Assembly (NCBI GenBank): GCA_964531655.1
Contig: CAZHDM010000003.1
Coordinates: forward strand, 185,712-249,711
Source of the DNA: an uncultured Flavipsychrobacter sp.
Lineage (GTDB): Bacteria > Bacteroidota > Bacteroidia > Chitinophagales > Chitinophagaceae
Direction of reading: 5' to 3'
DNA: 64,000 nucleotides
Both the position numbers and the translations under genes were made by a program. The notes beneath the pieces are model-generated. The model had not been told where the DNA came from. It was given only the letters and a program-made list of their open reading frames with translations, and made no database searches. Positions 1-9,773 of the stretch are shown one piece after another (position 1 is the stretch's first letter; every line of letters begins with the position of its first letter).

Positions 1-384
1 CTCAGCTTTATCTATCGCGTTGATATCAACACCAATAAGTTTAATATTATACTGCTTCCAGATACCCAGATCATCCACATCTTTTGCAAGATTCAGTGCT
101 GTCTGGCCACCCATTGTAGGTAGTACAGCATCTATATCAGGATTTTCCTGTAGTATCTCTTCGATGCTTTCTACCGTTAATGGCTTTAGGTAAACCTTAT
201 CTGCCATTATTGGGTCTGTCATTATAGTTGCAGGGTTAGAGTTGACTAGTATTACTTTTAGTCCCTCTTCTCTTAAGCTGCGTGCAGCCTGAGAACCTGA
301 ATAGTCGAATTCACAAGCCTGACCGATAACTATCGGGCCTGATCCTATAATGAGTACTGTCTTAATTGAATTATCGCGCGGCAT
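1..384 (-). CDS. carB: carbamoyl-phosphate synthase large subunit, N-terminal part (gene runs off the window start)
   Basis: Manual reverse translation from the ATG at 384-382 gives [57 protein letters not shown]. This is the canonical CarB ATP-grasp N-terminus. The ORF is not in the track because it is truncated by the window edge. Confidence 0.9.
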   Translation of the reverse strand, partial: MPRDNSIKTVLIIGSGPIVIGQACEFDYSGSQAARSLREEGLKVILVNSNPATIMTDPIMADKVYLKPLTVESIEEILQENPDIDAVLPTMGGQTALNLAKDVDDLGIWKQYNIKLIGVDINAIDKAE

Positions 385-436
385 TTATAAAAATATATAA
401 AGTTGAAACAGGATGTTCGGCGCGCTGAGCAGATAC

Positions 437-458
437 AAAAATCGGGCTCAACGCCCGA
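437..458 (-). promoter_or_regulatory. terminator-like stem-loop plus U-run inside the carB 5' leader (possible attenuator)
   Basis: On the minus strand the sequence reads TCGGGC-GTTGA-GCCCGA followed by TTTTT. It lies immediately downstream of a TACCTTTG -7 box and about 50 nt upstream of the carB ATG. Confidence 0.35.
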
Positions 459-462
459 GGTG

Positions 463-470
463 CAAAGGTA
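463..470 (-). promoter_or_regulatory. candidate Bacteroidota sigma-A -7 box (TACCTTTG) for carB
   Basis: The minus strand reads TACCTTTG, an exact match to the TAnnTTTG consensus. No clear -33 TTG was seen. Confidence 0.4.
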
Positions 471-504
471 AAACAAAAAAGCTTTTTTGCCATACTTTAT
501 TAAA

Positions 505-533
505 TAAAAACACCCCGTAAATATTACGGGGTG
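505..533 (-). terminator. rho-independent terminator after the 253-aa LVIVD lipoprotein gene
   Basis: The minus strand reads CACCCCGTAA-TAT-TTACGGGGTG followed by TTTTTA, directly after the stop at 561. Confidence 0.8.
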
Positions 534-560
534 AACTTGCGTATAGAGTGTATAAGAAAA

Positions 561-1322
561 TTAGCTGCTGATCTTACCCATTTTCACTATCTGTCCGTCA
601 CCTTTTAGCTCATATAATAATGTTCCACCTTCTACCATACAGATAAGCATATCGTCCAATACTATTACATCGTAGTAGGTATCATCATATATTCTTTGCT
701 TTAGCTTGGGGTAATAGTTATCAGTAATGTCATAGATACTCATGCCTGCAGAACCATTACATATATATAATGTATTGCGAGACATGCCCAAACCCCATGG
801 ACTCTCCTGATTCACCACGTTACGCTCTTTAGGTTGCAGTACATTTTTTACATCATATACATACAGTGCGTTCAGTGTACCCCCACAGTTACTACCACCA
901 CGTACCGTAACATACGCCACACTATCATTAGCTATTACAGGGTCGCAAGCACGTACGTGAGATGCCTGACCTAGCTTATCAGGGTTGGCAGCATCTGATA
1001 TAGAATAGATGTACATGGCATTTTGAGAACCTATGAACAGCTTGTCCTTGTAGCTGTAGATGGTCTCAATATCTTCTCCAAGTGCCTTACTGCTCGTCAG
1101 CTTAGGCGAAGCAGGGTTTGCAAGTGAGTAGGCATATAGCACCCTATCATCTACCACGTACAAGTGGTTTTGCGCTATAGTAAAACGTGCTAATGAACCG
1201 CCTTGACCTGTAGTACCACTCTGATCAGGAGCGCTGGTAGGGGTTCCGTTATCTTCTTTATTACATGCTGTAAAAGAAATAGCTGCAATTAATGCGATCG
1301 ATATATAATTGATAAATTTCAT
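561..1322 (-). CDS. LVIVD-repeat (beta-propeller-like) lipoprotein
   Basis: Signal peptide with lipobox (IAAISFTAC). Repeated units such as LYVVDDRVLYAYSLANPASP, MYIYSISDAANPDKL, LYVYDVKNVLQP and MSIYDITDNYYP resemble LVIVD repeats. Confidence 0.7.
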   Translation of the reverse strand: MKFINYISIALIAAISFTACNKEDNGTPTSAPDQSGTTGQGGSLARFTIAQNHLYVVDDRVLYAYSLANPASPKLTSSKALGEDIETIYSYKDKLFIGSQNAMYIYSISDAANPDKLGQASHVRACDPVIANDSVAYVTVRGGSNCGGTLNALYVYDVKNVLQPKERNVVNQESPWGLGMSRNTLYICNGSAGMSIYDITDNYYPKLKQRIYDDTYYDVIVLDDMLICMVEGGTLLYELKGDGQIVKMGKISS

Positions 1323-1343
1323 GACTTTTCTTTTTTAAGGTTT

Positions 1344-1916
1344 TTAGTTTCTTCTGCAAATAGGTTTATAAAGCTTCTTTTGCTCCCAGCCCACTACTGT
1401 TCCTTTCGATGCATCTACACACTCGAAGTAGCCTACAGAAGGTGGCAAAGCAGGATCAACAAGATGGAATACGCCAGACACTCGGTCTACTAGCTGAGCA
1501 TTATTGATGTCTGTAATATCCACTACAACCAGGTCATTCACATTATTGGTGTATAGGTTGTTATTCATGATAGACATCTCTTGTGCACCCGTCACCTGAA
1601 TGAACCTTAACTTAGTAGGATTATTACCATCAGTGATGTCGATCACATGTATCCCTTTACCAACCTCTACCTGATAAAGGCGATTGTCTTTTACATATAT
1701 CTTACCACCATTATCTATCTCTCTCGGCTCCAGAGATTTTATGGTATTGGCGACACCGTCCTCAGCATATACAGGAGCCCAGCCATCTACTTCATCAGGG
1801 GCAGGTCCGGGACCTGGTTCAGGAGTGTTACCGAAATCAATACAAGAGGCAAAGAACAGCATCATCGGCAGCATTGCCAGCAGGAAACTTTTGTTAGGTT
1901 TTTTCATAACATTCAA
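1344..1916 (-). CDS. LVIVD-repeat lipoprotein (short paralogue)
   Basis: Lipobox LFFASC. Contains IHVIDITDGNNPTKL and LVVVDITDINNAQL, which are LVIVD-type repeats. Confidence 0.7.
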   Translation of the reverse strand: MNVMKKPNKSFLLAMLPMMLFFASCIDFGNTPEPGPGPAPDEVDGWAPVYAEDGVANTIKSLEPREIDNGGKIYVKDNRLYQVEVGKGIHVIDITDGNNPTKLRFIQVTGAQEMSIMNNNLYTNNVNDLVVVDITDINNAQLVDRVSGVFHLVDPALPPSVGYFECVDASKGTVVGWEQKKLYKPICRRN

Positions 1917-2078
1917 AGGGTTTTAATGAAGTATAAAATTCAATGTATTGAGATAAATCAAAATCTGTGCAAGAAATGAAAAACATATACTTGTTAATAA
2001 TTTCTTAACATTAAAGATAAGCCATGCCCTATTATTTATTTATTTCAAAATAGAGGTTGAAAGTCCTACTTTTGCGTA

Positions 2079-2086
2079 TAATTTTG
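2079..2086 (+). promoter_or_regulatory. candidate -7 box (TAATTTTG) upstream of mreB
   Basis: Exact TAnnTTTG match, with a TTG about 19 nt upstream (2057-2059). It lies 85 nt before the mreB ATG. Confidence 0.35.
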
Positions 2087-2170
2087 TGTATTTTTTGAGC
2101 TAAATAGCTCATAACAAAGCAATTTTGACGATTACCTTTTATTAATAACATTTAATATACATCCCTGATA

Positions 2171-3193
2171 ATGGGTTTATTCAGCTTTCTGACACAAGAG
2201 ATTGCCATTGATCTTGGCACGGCAAATACACTTGTAATACATAATGACCAGGTAGTAGTAGATGAACCATCTATCGTTGCTATCGACAGAGTAACGAATA
2301 AGATCGTTGCCGTTGGTAAAAAGGCAATGATGATGCACGAGAAGACGCATGAGAACCTGAAGACGATACGCCCGCTAAGGGATGGTGTGATAGCAGACTT
2401 TAACGCAGCAGAAGGTATGTTGCGCGAAATGATCAAGCTGGTAACCCCGAAGAAAAGACTTTTTCCTCCTAGCTGGAGAATGGTAATATGTATTCCTTCC
2501 AGCATTACAGAAGTAGAAAAACGTGCCGTAAGAGACTCTGCTGAGCAGGCTGGAGCTAAAGAGGTATACATGATACATGAGCCTATGGCTGCTGCACTTG
2601 GTATAGGTATTGATGTGGAAGAACCTACAGGTAATATGATCATCGATATAGGTGGTGGTACTACAGGTATATCAGTTATAGCACTTGCAGGTATCGTATG
2701 CGATCAGTCTATACGTATAGCGGGTGATGAATTTACTGCTGACATTATGGAGGCTATGCGTCGCTATCACAGTTTGATGATAGGTGAGCGTACTGCTGAA
2801 CAAATTAAGATACACGTAGGTTCTGCTCTTAAAGAGTTGGATACCCCTCCTGATGAAATAGCTGTAAACGGACGTGACCTTGTAACAGGTATCCCGAAGC
2901 AGATCATGGTGTCTTACCAGGAAGTTGCTGAAGCTTTAGATAAATCGATCTTCAAAATAGAAGAGGCGATACTTAAAGCACTGGAAAGTACACCGCCGGA
3001 ACTTGCATCTGATATCTACCGTCGTGGCTTGTACCTGACAGGTGGTGGTGCATTACTTCGCGGACTGGATAAGCGTATCTCTCAAAAGATAAAATTACCG
3101 GTACACGTTGCAGATGATCCGCTACGTGCAGTGGTAAGAGGTACAGGCATGGCACTGAAGAACATTGTCAGAATGCCATTTCTAATGAAATAA
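2171..3193 (+). CDS. mreB: rod-shape-determining protein MreB
   Basis: Actin-fold motifs IAIDLGTANTLV, MIIDIGGGTT and LTGGGALLRGLD. Followed by mreC and mreD. Confidence 0.95.
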   Translation: MGLFSFLTQEIAIDLGTANTLVIHNDQVVVDEPSIVAIDRVTNKIVAVGKKAMMMHEKTHENLKTIRPLRDGVIADFNAAEGMLREMIKLVTPKKRLFPPSWRMVICIPSSITEVEKRAVRDSAEQAGAKEVYMIHEPMAAALGIGIDVEEPTGNMIIDIGGGTTGISVIALAGIVCDQSIRIAGDEFTADIMEAMRRYHSLMIGERTAEQIKIHVGSALKELDTPPDEIAVNGRDLVTGIPKQIMVSYQEVAEALDKSIFKIEEAILKALESTPPELASDIYRRGLYLTGGGALLRGLDKRISQKIKLPVHVADDPLRAVVRGTGMALKNIVRMPFLMK

Positions 3194-3266
3194 ACAGGGG
3201 AATTAGTACCTTGTTACGTGTAGTTGCCAAAGTAACTTTTACCTAACACTAAAGAGTAATAGCCGG

Positions 3267-4115
3267 GTGCGCAATTTCATACTGTTCATACGCCGATTTT
3301 CTAACCTGATACTATTTCTGTTGTTGGAAGTATTCTGCATAGTGCTCATAGCGCGCACTAATACCATGCAGGGTAACGATGTTATGAGCTCTGCCAACGT
3401 ATTACTTGCAGGTATGTATCAGCGTAAGGATAATATGGTATACTACTTCGGGCTAAAAGAAATGAACGATAGCCTCATCAGCGAGAACAAATACTTGAGA
3501 AAACAACTGGCACTGTATAATAGTGTAGACACATTTGTAGACTCTAACGTTCAGCAAACTATATACGAGCCTGACACAAACATTGTAAAGCAGTATGCTA
3601 ACTATGTATATCGCTCTGCTAAAGTCATCAACAACTCTATAGCATCTGTCAACAACTACATCACAATCAATAGGGGAGAGAAGGATGGCATTAAGAAAAA
3701 CATGGCGGTGATATCAGGTAATGGTGCTGTGGGTAAGATCGTACATACTTCTGCTAACTTCTCCAGCGCAATATCTATACTTAGTAAAAAGCAAAAAGTA
3801 AGTGCTAAGCTGAAAGACGGTACTGTGGGTTATGTGATATGGAATACCACCAATCCGCAAGAGCTACAGATGAAGGATATACCGCAGCAGATAAAAGTAA
3901 GCGTAGGCGATTCTGTATTCACAACAGAGTACTCCTTCTTCCCTGCCAATGTACTTGTAGGTGTGGTAACCAAGAAAGACTTAATAGAGAGCACTAAGTT
4001 GCAGCTATTATACTTAAGACCTGTTACTAACTTCAGGAACTTAAAATATGTATACATTGTAGAGAATACAATGTCTGAGGAACAACAAAAACTGGAAGCA
4101 GCAAACCAAGAGTAA
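3267..4115 (+). CDS. mreC: rod-shape-determining protein MreC
   Basis: GTG start, N-terminal TM segment and coiled-coil, about 280 aa. Positioned between mreB and mreD. Confidence 0.8.
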   Translation: MRNFILFIRRFSNLILFLLLEVFCIVLIARTNTMQGNDVMSSANVLLAGMYQRKDNMVYYFGLKEMNDSLISENKYLRKQLALYNSVDTFVDSNVQQTIYEPDTNIVKQYANYVYRSAKVINNSIASVNNYITINRGEKDGIKKNMAVISGNGAVGKIVHTSANFSSAISILSKKQKVSAKLKDGTVGYVIWNTTNPQELQMKDIPQQIKVSVGDSVFTTEYSFFPANVLVGVVTKKDLIESTKLQLLYLRPVTNFRNLKYVYIVENTMSEEQQKLEAANQE

Positions 4116-4675
4116 TGAGTATATACTTAAGAAATCTATTTCGCTTTTGTATACTGATATTGATTCAGGTGCTCATACTGAATAATATTACGCTGCAGTG
4201 GTGGTCGCAACCCACAGGCTTCCCCGTTTTCATTCCTTATATCTACCCTTTATTTATTTTACTGCTACCATTTGAAACGCCTGTAGCTATAGTGCTATTT
4301 GCAGGCTTGTTGTGCGGACTAACAGTAGACTCATTCATGAACACAGCAGGTATGCATGCCTTTGCAATGGTTATGATATCCTATTTCAGGATCAATGTGC
4401 TGAATGCATTATTACCTAAGAATATTGTAGAGTACAAAGGGGAAACACCATCTGTAAAGAATATGGGGTGGGTACCTTTTATTGTATATGCAGCCTTCTT
4501 AATTGTGATGCACCACGCTGTATTCTTTACTATAGAGCTTTGGAGCTTATCTAATATAGGCTACCTGCTATTGAAGATACTGGCATCTAGTATGACATCT
4601 ATTATGTTCGTAGTAGCTTATGTGTTGCTTTTTACTCGCCAGTCGGGTGGAGAGAGGTCGCAGAGAGTATTCTAA
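4115..4675 (+). CDS. mreD: rod-shape-determining protein MreD (polytopic membrane protein)
   Basis: 186 aa, multi-TM. Its start overlaps the mreC stop (TAATG). Confidence 0.7.
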   Translation: MSIYLRNLFRFCILILIQVLILNNITLQWWSQPTGFPVFIPYIYPLFILLLPFETPVAIVLFAGLLCGLTVDSFMNTAGMHAFAMVMISYFRINVLNALLPKNIVEYKGETPSVKNMGWVPFIVYAAFLIVMHHAVFFTIELWSLSNIGYLLLKILASSMTSIMFVVAYVLLFTRQSGGERSQRVF

Positions 4676-5796
4676 TTCACGCACTTCATCAGGCTATCGT
4701 ATAAGTTCTTAGCCGACGTATCCCAGTCAAATTTCTTAACCTGTTCAGGAGCTTTAGATATCAGTTTGGCTCTAAGCGCTTCGTCTTTATATAACATCTC
4801 CATTTTTGCAGCGATGTCTTCAGGCTCATTAGGGTTACATAATAGACCTGTTTCACCTGCTACTTCAGGCATAGATGAGGTATCACTAACAATCGATGGC
4901 ACATTACATTGCAATGCTTCCAATATAGGAATACCGAAACCTTCAAATAAAGAGGCATATACCATTACATATGCAGCGCCTACTACCTTACTCAGCTCAT
5001 CTACATTCATGTAGCCTACCCACTTCACATCTTCTTTGAATGGCATCTCTTCTTTCATTTCGAGTACCTCTTCGTACTTCCATGCGAAGCGGCCAACTAT
5101 CACCAGCTTCATATCGCTACGTTGCATTTTTTTGAATGCAACAAATGCTTTGAGCAGGTTGAGAATATTCTTCCTTGGGTGTAGAGCACCTGCAAAAACG
5201 AAATACTCGCAACCATCTGCATACTTTTTCTTTACCTCTTCACGTTCATCCCAACTCAGCGGCTTGTACTCATCATGCGCACCATTATATACTATATCTA
5301 TCTTATCCTTATCTATTCCATATTTTTCATGGATATCATTCTTTGAATAAGTAGATACGGTAACCAGCCTGTCAGCCTTCTCAGCAAAACGTGGCGTAAA
5401 GTGCTTCCAGTAAAAACGATGGCTCGGTATAAAATGCTCAGGGTAGTGCTCAAATGCCAGATCGTGTATAACGAGGCAAGTAGGTACTTTAGTAGTTAGC
5501 GAACAAAAGCCGTCAGGAGATAAGAATACATCTACCTTATGCTTTTTAAGTGCCATAGGCAGCATAAAGTCGAACCATATTTTAAATAAAATAGGATGAC
5601 GTGCCTGTGGTGCTACTACTACAGGAGTAACATTCTTCGCAAAAACAAATGACTCATCATAGGGTCTGTCAAAGAAAAACACAAACTCATGTTCAGGATG
5701 ATTGCGCACCATTCTTTCCAATGTTTGGTAGGTAAACCATCCAATTCCTTCTAACTTTCCCTTTAATAAAAGACGAGTATTTACTCCTATTCGCAT
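4672..5796 (-). CDS. glycosyltransferase family 4 (GT-B, retaining)
   Basis: Contains the E-x7-E region EGFGIPILEALQCNVPSIVSDTSSMPEVAG. Confidence 0.85.
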   Translation of the reverse strand: MRIGVNTRLLLKGKLEGIGWFTYQTLERMVRNHPEHEFVFFFDRPYDESFVFAKNVTPVVVAPQARHPILFKIWFDFMLPMALKKHKVDVFLSPDGFCSLTTKVPTCLVIHDLAFEHYPEHFIPSHRFYWKHFTPRFAEKADRLVTVSTYSKNDIHEKYGIDKDKIDIVYNGAHDEYKPLSWDEREEVKKKYADGCEYFVFAGALHPRKNILNLLKAFVAFKKMQRSDMKLVIVGRFAWKYEEVLEMKEEMPFKEDVKWVGYMNVDELSKVVGAAYVMVYASLFEGFGIPILEALQCNVPSIVSDTSSMPEVAGETGLLCNPNEPEDIAAKMEMLYKDEALRAKLISKAPEQVKKFDWDTSAKNLYDSLMKCVN

Positions 5797-5807
5797 ACTA
5801 ATGGCGA

Positions 5808-5815
5808 CAAAAATA
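5808..5815 (-). promoter_or_regulatory. candidate -7 box (TATTTTTG) for the GT4 gene
   Basis: The minus strand reads TATTTTTG, with 11 nt between the box and the ATG. This implies a very short leader. Confidence 0.4.
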
Positions 5816-5851
5816 TAATTTTACCCCTTACAGCCAACGAAATAGTACTAT

Positions 5852-7306
5852 ATGCGGCGATTTTTTGTAAAAAATCTGGCTTTTGTCATCATTGTTAACC
5901 TATTAGTAAAACCTATCTGGGTCTTGCTGATAGACAGAAATGTGCAAAATACCGTCGGTCATGCCAATTATGGTACTTATCAGGCATTATTCAACCTGGG
6001 AGTTATATTTAATATTATCCTCGACTTCGGGCTTACTTTTTACAATACGCGCATCATTTCCGGAGACCCTAAGAGATTAAAGGATATGTTCCCTGCTATG
6101 TTATCTGCGAGGCTGGTACTCATTGGATTATATACTGTTGTGGTAGGAATAGCAGGTCTTGCTCTTGGCTACGGCAGGTGGGAGTTGATATTATTAGCAG
6201 GCATACTGATGATACATGCCTTTAGCTCGCTGATGCAATTTTTCAGAAGTAATGTATCAGCCCTGCATAAGTTCAAAGCCGATGCCCTGCTATCTATAGC
6301 AGACCGGCTATTAATGATCATTATCTGTGGCTTCCTGCTGTATTACCCTGCTACACAAGAGCATTTTATTATAGAGTGGTTTATACTGGCACAGATCATT
6401 TGCTATGGTATTGCATTGATCATAGGGTTCTTCGTATTACGCTATATAGCTAAGATGCCTCTAGTGCTTTCATTCCGCTTTGCAGATGTTAGCAAGATCA
6501 TCAAACATAGTATTCCTTATGCCACATTAGTATTCATGATGGCTGTACATACTCGTGCAGATACGGTACTGATAGAACGTATCAGTGGCGTGGAGAGTAA
6601 AGACTTTGCAGGTATTTACGCTTCTGCCTACAGGCTACTTGATATAGGTAATATGTTCGGGATACTATTCGCAGGCATGTTGCTACCTATGTTTGGCAGA
6701 ATGCTGGCTAACAACAATAATATACAGCCTATAGTAAAGCTCTCTGTCAACCTGCTGTTACCTATGTCTTTTATGGCTACAGGGGTAGCTATATTTTATG
6801 GTACTGAGATCATGGAGTTGCTATATGTTGACGCAAACGACTACAGCGGACAGGTTTTTGCCTGGCTAATGGCATGCTTCCCCGCCTACAGTATCATGTA
6901 TATCTATTCTACATTACTTACTGCTAACAATAACCTTATACTTTTAAATAAAATCGCGCTTGTTGGTATTATCATCAACCTGACGCTCAACTTTATACTT
7001 ATACCTAAATATCAAGCTCTGGGTGCAGCACAGGTTGCATTTATCACTCAAGGCACTTTAGCTGTATGCTATATCATATTCTCCAAGCAAAAGCTTACCC
7101 TTCCTTATAACAAAAAATGGCTGGCAGCTCATGTAATATTCATAGGCAGTGTATTGCTCATAGGTTGGGCCTCTACACTACTGCCTTTTAGCTGGAGCTT
7201 ACAGTTGTCAGCGTTTGTAATAGTATTGCTGGTGCTAATATTTATATTGAAATTTATTTCTGTAGATGCAGTGCGCTCATTTATGGAGAAATCCAAAAAC
7301 AGCTAA
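5852..7306 (+). CDS. polysaccharide/oligosaccharide flippase (MOP/Wzx-like polytopic membrane protein)
   Basis: 484 aa with about 12-14 hydrophobic segments. Divergent from a GT4 gene. Confidence 0.65.
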   Translation: MRRFFVKNLAFVIIVNLLVKPIWVLLIDRNVQNTVGHANYGTYQALFNLGVIFNIILDFGLTFYNTRIISGDPKRLKDMFPAMLSARLVLIGLYTVVVGIAGLALGYGRWELILLAGILMIHAFSSLMQFFRSNVSALHKFKADALLSIADRLLMIIICGFLLYYPATQEHFIIEWFILAQIICYGIALIIGFFVLRYIAKMPLVLSFRFADVSKIIKHSIPYATLVFMMAVHTRADTVLIERISGVESKDFAGIYASAYRLLDIGNMFGILFAGMLLPMFGRMLANNNNIQPIVKLSVNLLLPMSFMATGVAIFYGTEIMELLYVDANDYSGQVFAWLMACFPAYSIMYIYSTLLTANNNLILLNKIALVGIIINLTLNFILIPKYQALGAAQVAFITQGTLAVCYIIFSKQKLTLPYNKKWLAAHVIFIGSVLLIGWASTLLPFSWSLQLSAFVIVLLVLIFILKFISVDAVRSFMEKSKNS

Positions 7307-8205
7307 GAGTTCGGTAGCTCTTTAGCCTCTTCTTTCACGATAAATACTGCATTTTCATTAGGCTCTATTTTACTGCCAAGGCTCAAAGCATATACTTTCG
7401 TAAACTCTGCACCAAAGTATAGTATAGTAGCTGTATAATATACCCACGACAATAAAATAACTACTGATGCAGCCGCACCGTAAGTATTATCCATCTCCGA
7501 TGAACTGATATATAGTCCAATAAGGTACTTACCCAACATGAATAGTAACCCTGTAAAGGCTGCGCCTGTCATTGCATCTTTCCACTTTATCTTGGCGTCG
7601 GGCAATACCTTGTAGATGGTAGCAAAAAGGAAGGTTATGATAACAAACATGATGAGCATGTTAATGATCTTGAATATAAGTACATAGTCCTCTTTAAAAT
7701 TCTCGAATAATGTGTCTGTCATTAGGTCGGTCAATGAACTCACCAATAAGGACACTATCAGGAGAAACGCAATACCGATGACCATCGAAAAAGAGAGTAA
7801 TCTGTTTTTGATATACTTCAACCATCCTCGCTCAGGCTTTGCTTTTATAGACCATATATAGTTTATAGAATCCTGTATATCTGCAAACACCGTAGTAGCA
7901 CCAAATATCAATATAGCCAGACCTATAATACTAAATCTACCTGCATTTCTATCTCGCAGGTTTTCTATAACATCTATGATCTGATCTGCTGCATTTTGGC
8001 CAACAATGTCTTTTAGCTGCCAATACACTTTCCAAAGCACATCATTTGTCTCAAAAAACACACCTGCCACCGATACTATGACCAGCATAAGTGGCCCCAG
8101 CGAGAACACAGTGTAGTAAGCCAGAGAGCCACTAAGCTTGAGTACATTATCTGCCGCAAATTCAGTAGCAGTTTTTTTAAGTAGATTGAAGTATGTTTTT
8201 ATCAT
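7303..8205 (-). CDS. YihY/BrkB-family inner membrane protein
   Basis: N-terminal signature FAADNVLKLSGSLAYYTVFSLGPLMLVIV and about 6 TM segments. Confidence 0.85.
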   Translation of the reverse strand: MIKTYFNLLKKTATEFAADNVLKLSGSLAYYTVFSLGPLMLVIVSVAGVFFETNDVLWKVYWQLKDIVGQNAADQIIDVIENLRDRNAGRFSIIGLAILIFGATTVFADIQDSINYIWSIKAKPERGWLKYIKNRLLSFSMVIGIAFLLIVSLLVSSLTDLMTDTLFENFKEDYVLIFKIINMLIMFVIITFLFATIYKVLPDAKIKWKDAMTGAAFTGLLFMLGKYLIGLYISSSEMDNTYGAAASVVILLSWVYYTATILYFGAEFTKVYALSLGSKIEPNENAVFIVKEEAKELPNS

Positions 8206-8220
8206 GGCTAATAGTGTTTA

Positions 8221-8254
8221 ACCAAAAATGTGTCGGTTTAATACCGACACATTT
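8221..8254 (-). terminator. rho-independent terminator after the 8278-8712 gene
   Basis: The minus strand reads AAATGTGTCGGT-ATTAA-ACCGACACATTT followed by TTGG in a T-rich tail. Confidence 0.75.
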
Positions 8255-8277
8255 ATATATACTTTTTGCTTTGATTA

Positions 8278-8712
8278 TTATTTAGTTGCTAAACCACCAT
8301 CATTCGGCGGATTTTCTACACTAGTATCAAGGTAGTTGATGTTACGCACTCTATTAGCTTGAACACCATCGTTAGACATTACCTCTTTACCTTCATAAAC
8401 ATCACCAGGCATATCGTATGATACTGCGAATCTTGGATTCTCTTTCGCACTACTAGTAACATACACTACTTCAGTTACCTCGCACTTAGGCTTGATAGGC
8501 TCTGCTTGCTTTGTTGTGGTTTTTGCTACTGTAGCCTGTGATGATGACATCTGCTTATTATTCGCATGCTTTTCTGCATGTGTACATATTTCATATTTAC
8601 CATCCTTTTTACATACGGGATAGTTTTTATCATACTTACTCGACTGAGCGCTAGCATCAGGCTGCATGAACGCAATACCTGCTAATGCTAACATTGCTAT
8701 TTTAAATTTCAT
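8278..8712 (-). CDS. hypothetical secreted protein
   Basis: Start trimmed to MKFKIAMLALAGIAFMQPDASAQ, a signal peptide. No recognisable domain. Confidence 0.6.
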   Translation of the reverse strand: MKFKIAMLALAGIAFMQPDASAQSSKYDKNYPVCKKDGKYEICTHAEKHANNKQMSSSQATVAKTTTKQAEPIKPKCEVTEVVYVTSSAKENPRFAVSYDMPGDVYEGKEVMSNDGVQANRVRNINYLDTSVENPPNDGGLATK

Positions 8713-8802
8713 AATATTCTGGTTTAATCTGTTAATCAAATGTTCTTCTGTTTATATAACATGTGGCGATAAGAATAGTTTTTAAAAGAAACGTTAAAGC
8801 CC

Positions 8803-8988
8803 TTAACGTGTCTCTTGCCTTATTTCATCTTTTTGGTGACCTGCACTATTATTTATAGTCTGTGATTTTTTTCTCATTGGCTCATTTACATTAGCATCTG
8901 GGTTTGCACGCTTCGTATCTCTTGTAGAAGAGCATGCTACTGTACCTAACATTGCTGTAAATAAGAATATTGTCATTAAGTTTTTCAT
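8803..8988 (-). CDS. small hypothetical lipoprotein
   Basis: MKNLMTIFLFTAMLGTVACSS is a lipobox. The remainder is polar and basic. Confidence 0.5.
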   Translation of the reverse strand: MKNLMTIFLFTAMLGTVACSSTRDTKRANPDANVNEPMRKKSQTINNSAGHQKDEIRQETR

Positions 8989-9050
8989 AACGTTTTAGTT
9001 TTTATATACCTATATATTCGTAATTGATTGGTGATGGATGATATATTGTA

Positions 9051-9058
9051 TATTTTTG
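9051..9058 (+). promoter_or_regulatory. candidate -7 box (TATTTTTG) with upstream TTG for the nfu-like gene
   Basis: TAnnTTTG match with a TTG at 9028-9030 (20-nt spacer) and 19 nt to the ATG. Confidence 0.45.
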
Positions 9059-9077
9059 TAACAAAATAATTACGAAA

Positions 9078-9668
9078 ATGTTGAAGACAGGAAATACTGT
9101 AGTGAGTATATACACGGAAATGACGCCTAATCCCGAGACGATGAAGTTTGTTGCAAACAAACTGCTTTACCCGGGTAAAAGCATTGATTTTCCTGATGAA
9201 GCAAGTGCAACACCATCTGCTTTAGCAAAGGAACTTTTTGCTTTTCCTTTCATTAAAGGTGTTTTCATTGCCAGCAACTTTGTAACCCTAACAAAGAATG
9301 CTGAAACGCAATGGGAAGATGTTATTCCTACTGTACGTGAATTTTTGAAGCAATATCTTGAAGAGGGTAAAGAGGTTATCAATGAAGACCTGGTAGTTGA
9401 GAAAAAAGCAGATAATACTATTAATGCTGACGATAGCGATGTTGTAAAACGCATTAAAGAGTTATTGGAGAACTACGTAAAACCTGCAGTAGAGATGGAC
9501 GGCGGCGCTATCGGCTTCAAAGGATATGATAACGGCGTAGTAACCCTAATGATGCAAGGTTCATGTTCTGGTTGTCCTTCATCAATGATCACATTGAAGT
9601 CTGGTATTGAGGGGATGATGAAGAGAATGATACCTGAAGTAAAGGAAGTGGTAGCCGAAGCTGAATAA
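9078..9668 (+). CDS. NifU/Nfu-type Fe-S cluster scaffold/carrier protein
   Basis: Nfu N-terminal domain plus a C-terminal NifU domain with CSGCPSS. Confidence 0.85.
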   Translation: MLKTGNTVVSIYTEMTPNPETMKFVANKLLYPGKSIDFPDEASATPSALAKELFAFPFIKGVFIASNFVTLTKNAETQWEDVIPTVREFLKQYLEEGKEVINEDLVVEKKADNTINADDSDVVKRIKELLENYVKPAVEMDGGAIGFKGYDNGVVTLMMQGSCSGCPSSMITLKSGIEGMMKRMIPEVKEVVAEAE

Positions 9669-9697
9669 TTCGAATTTTACATATATAATTTAATATT

Positions 9698-9726
9698 AAA
9701 GCAGCCTAATAGGCTGCTTTTGTTTT
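9698..9726 (+). terminator. rho-independent terminator after the nfu-like gene
   Basis: AAAGCAGCC-TAAT-AGGCTGCTTT followed by TGTTTT. Confidence 0.8.
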
Positions 9727-9773
9727 GGATGTATTCCTAAAGTGCTATTTTTGGGACCATTGACACTGAAAAG

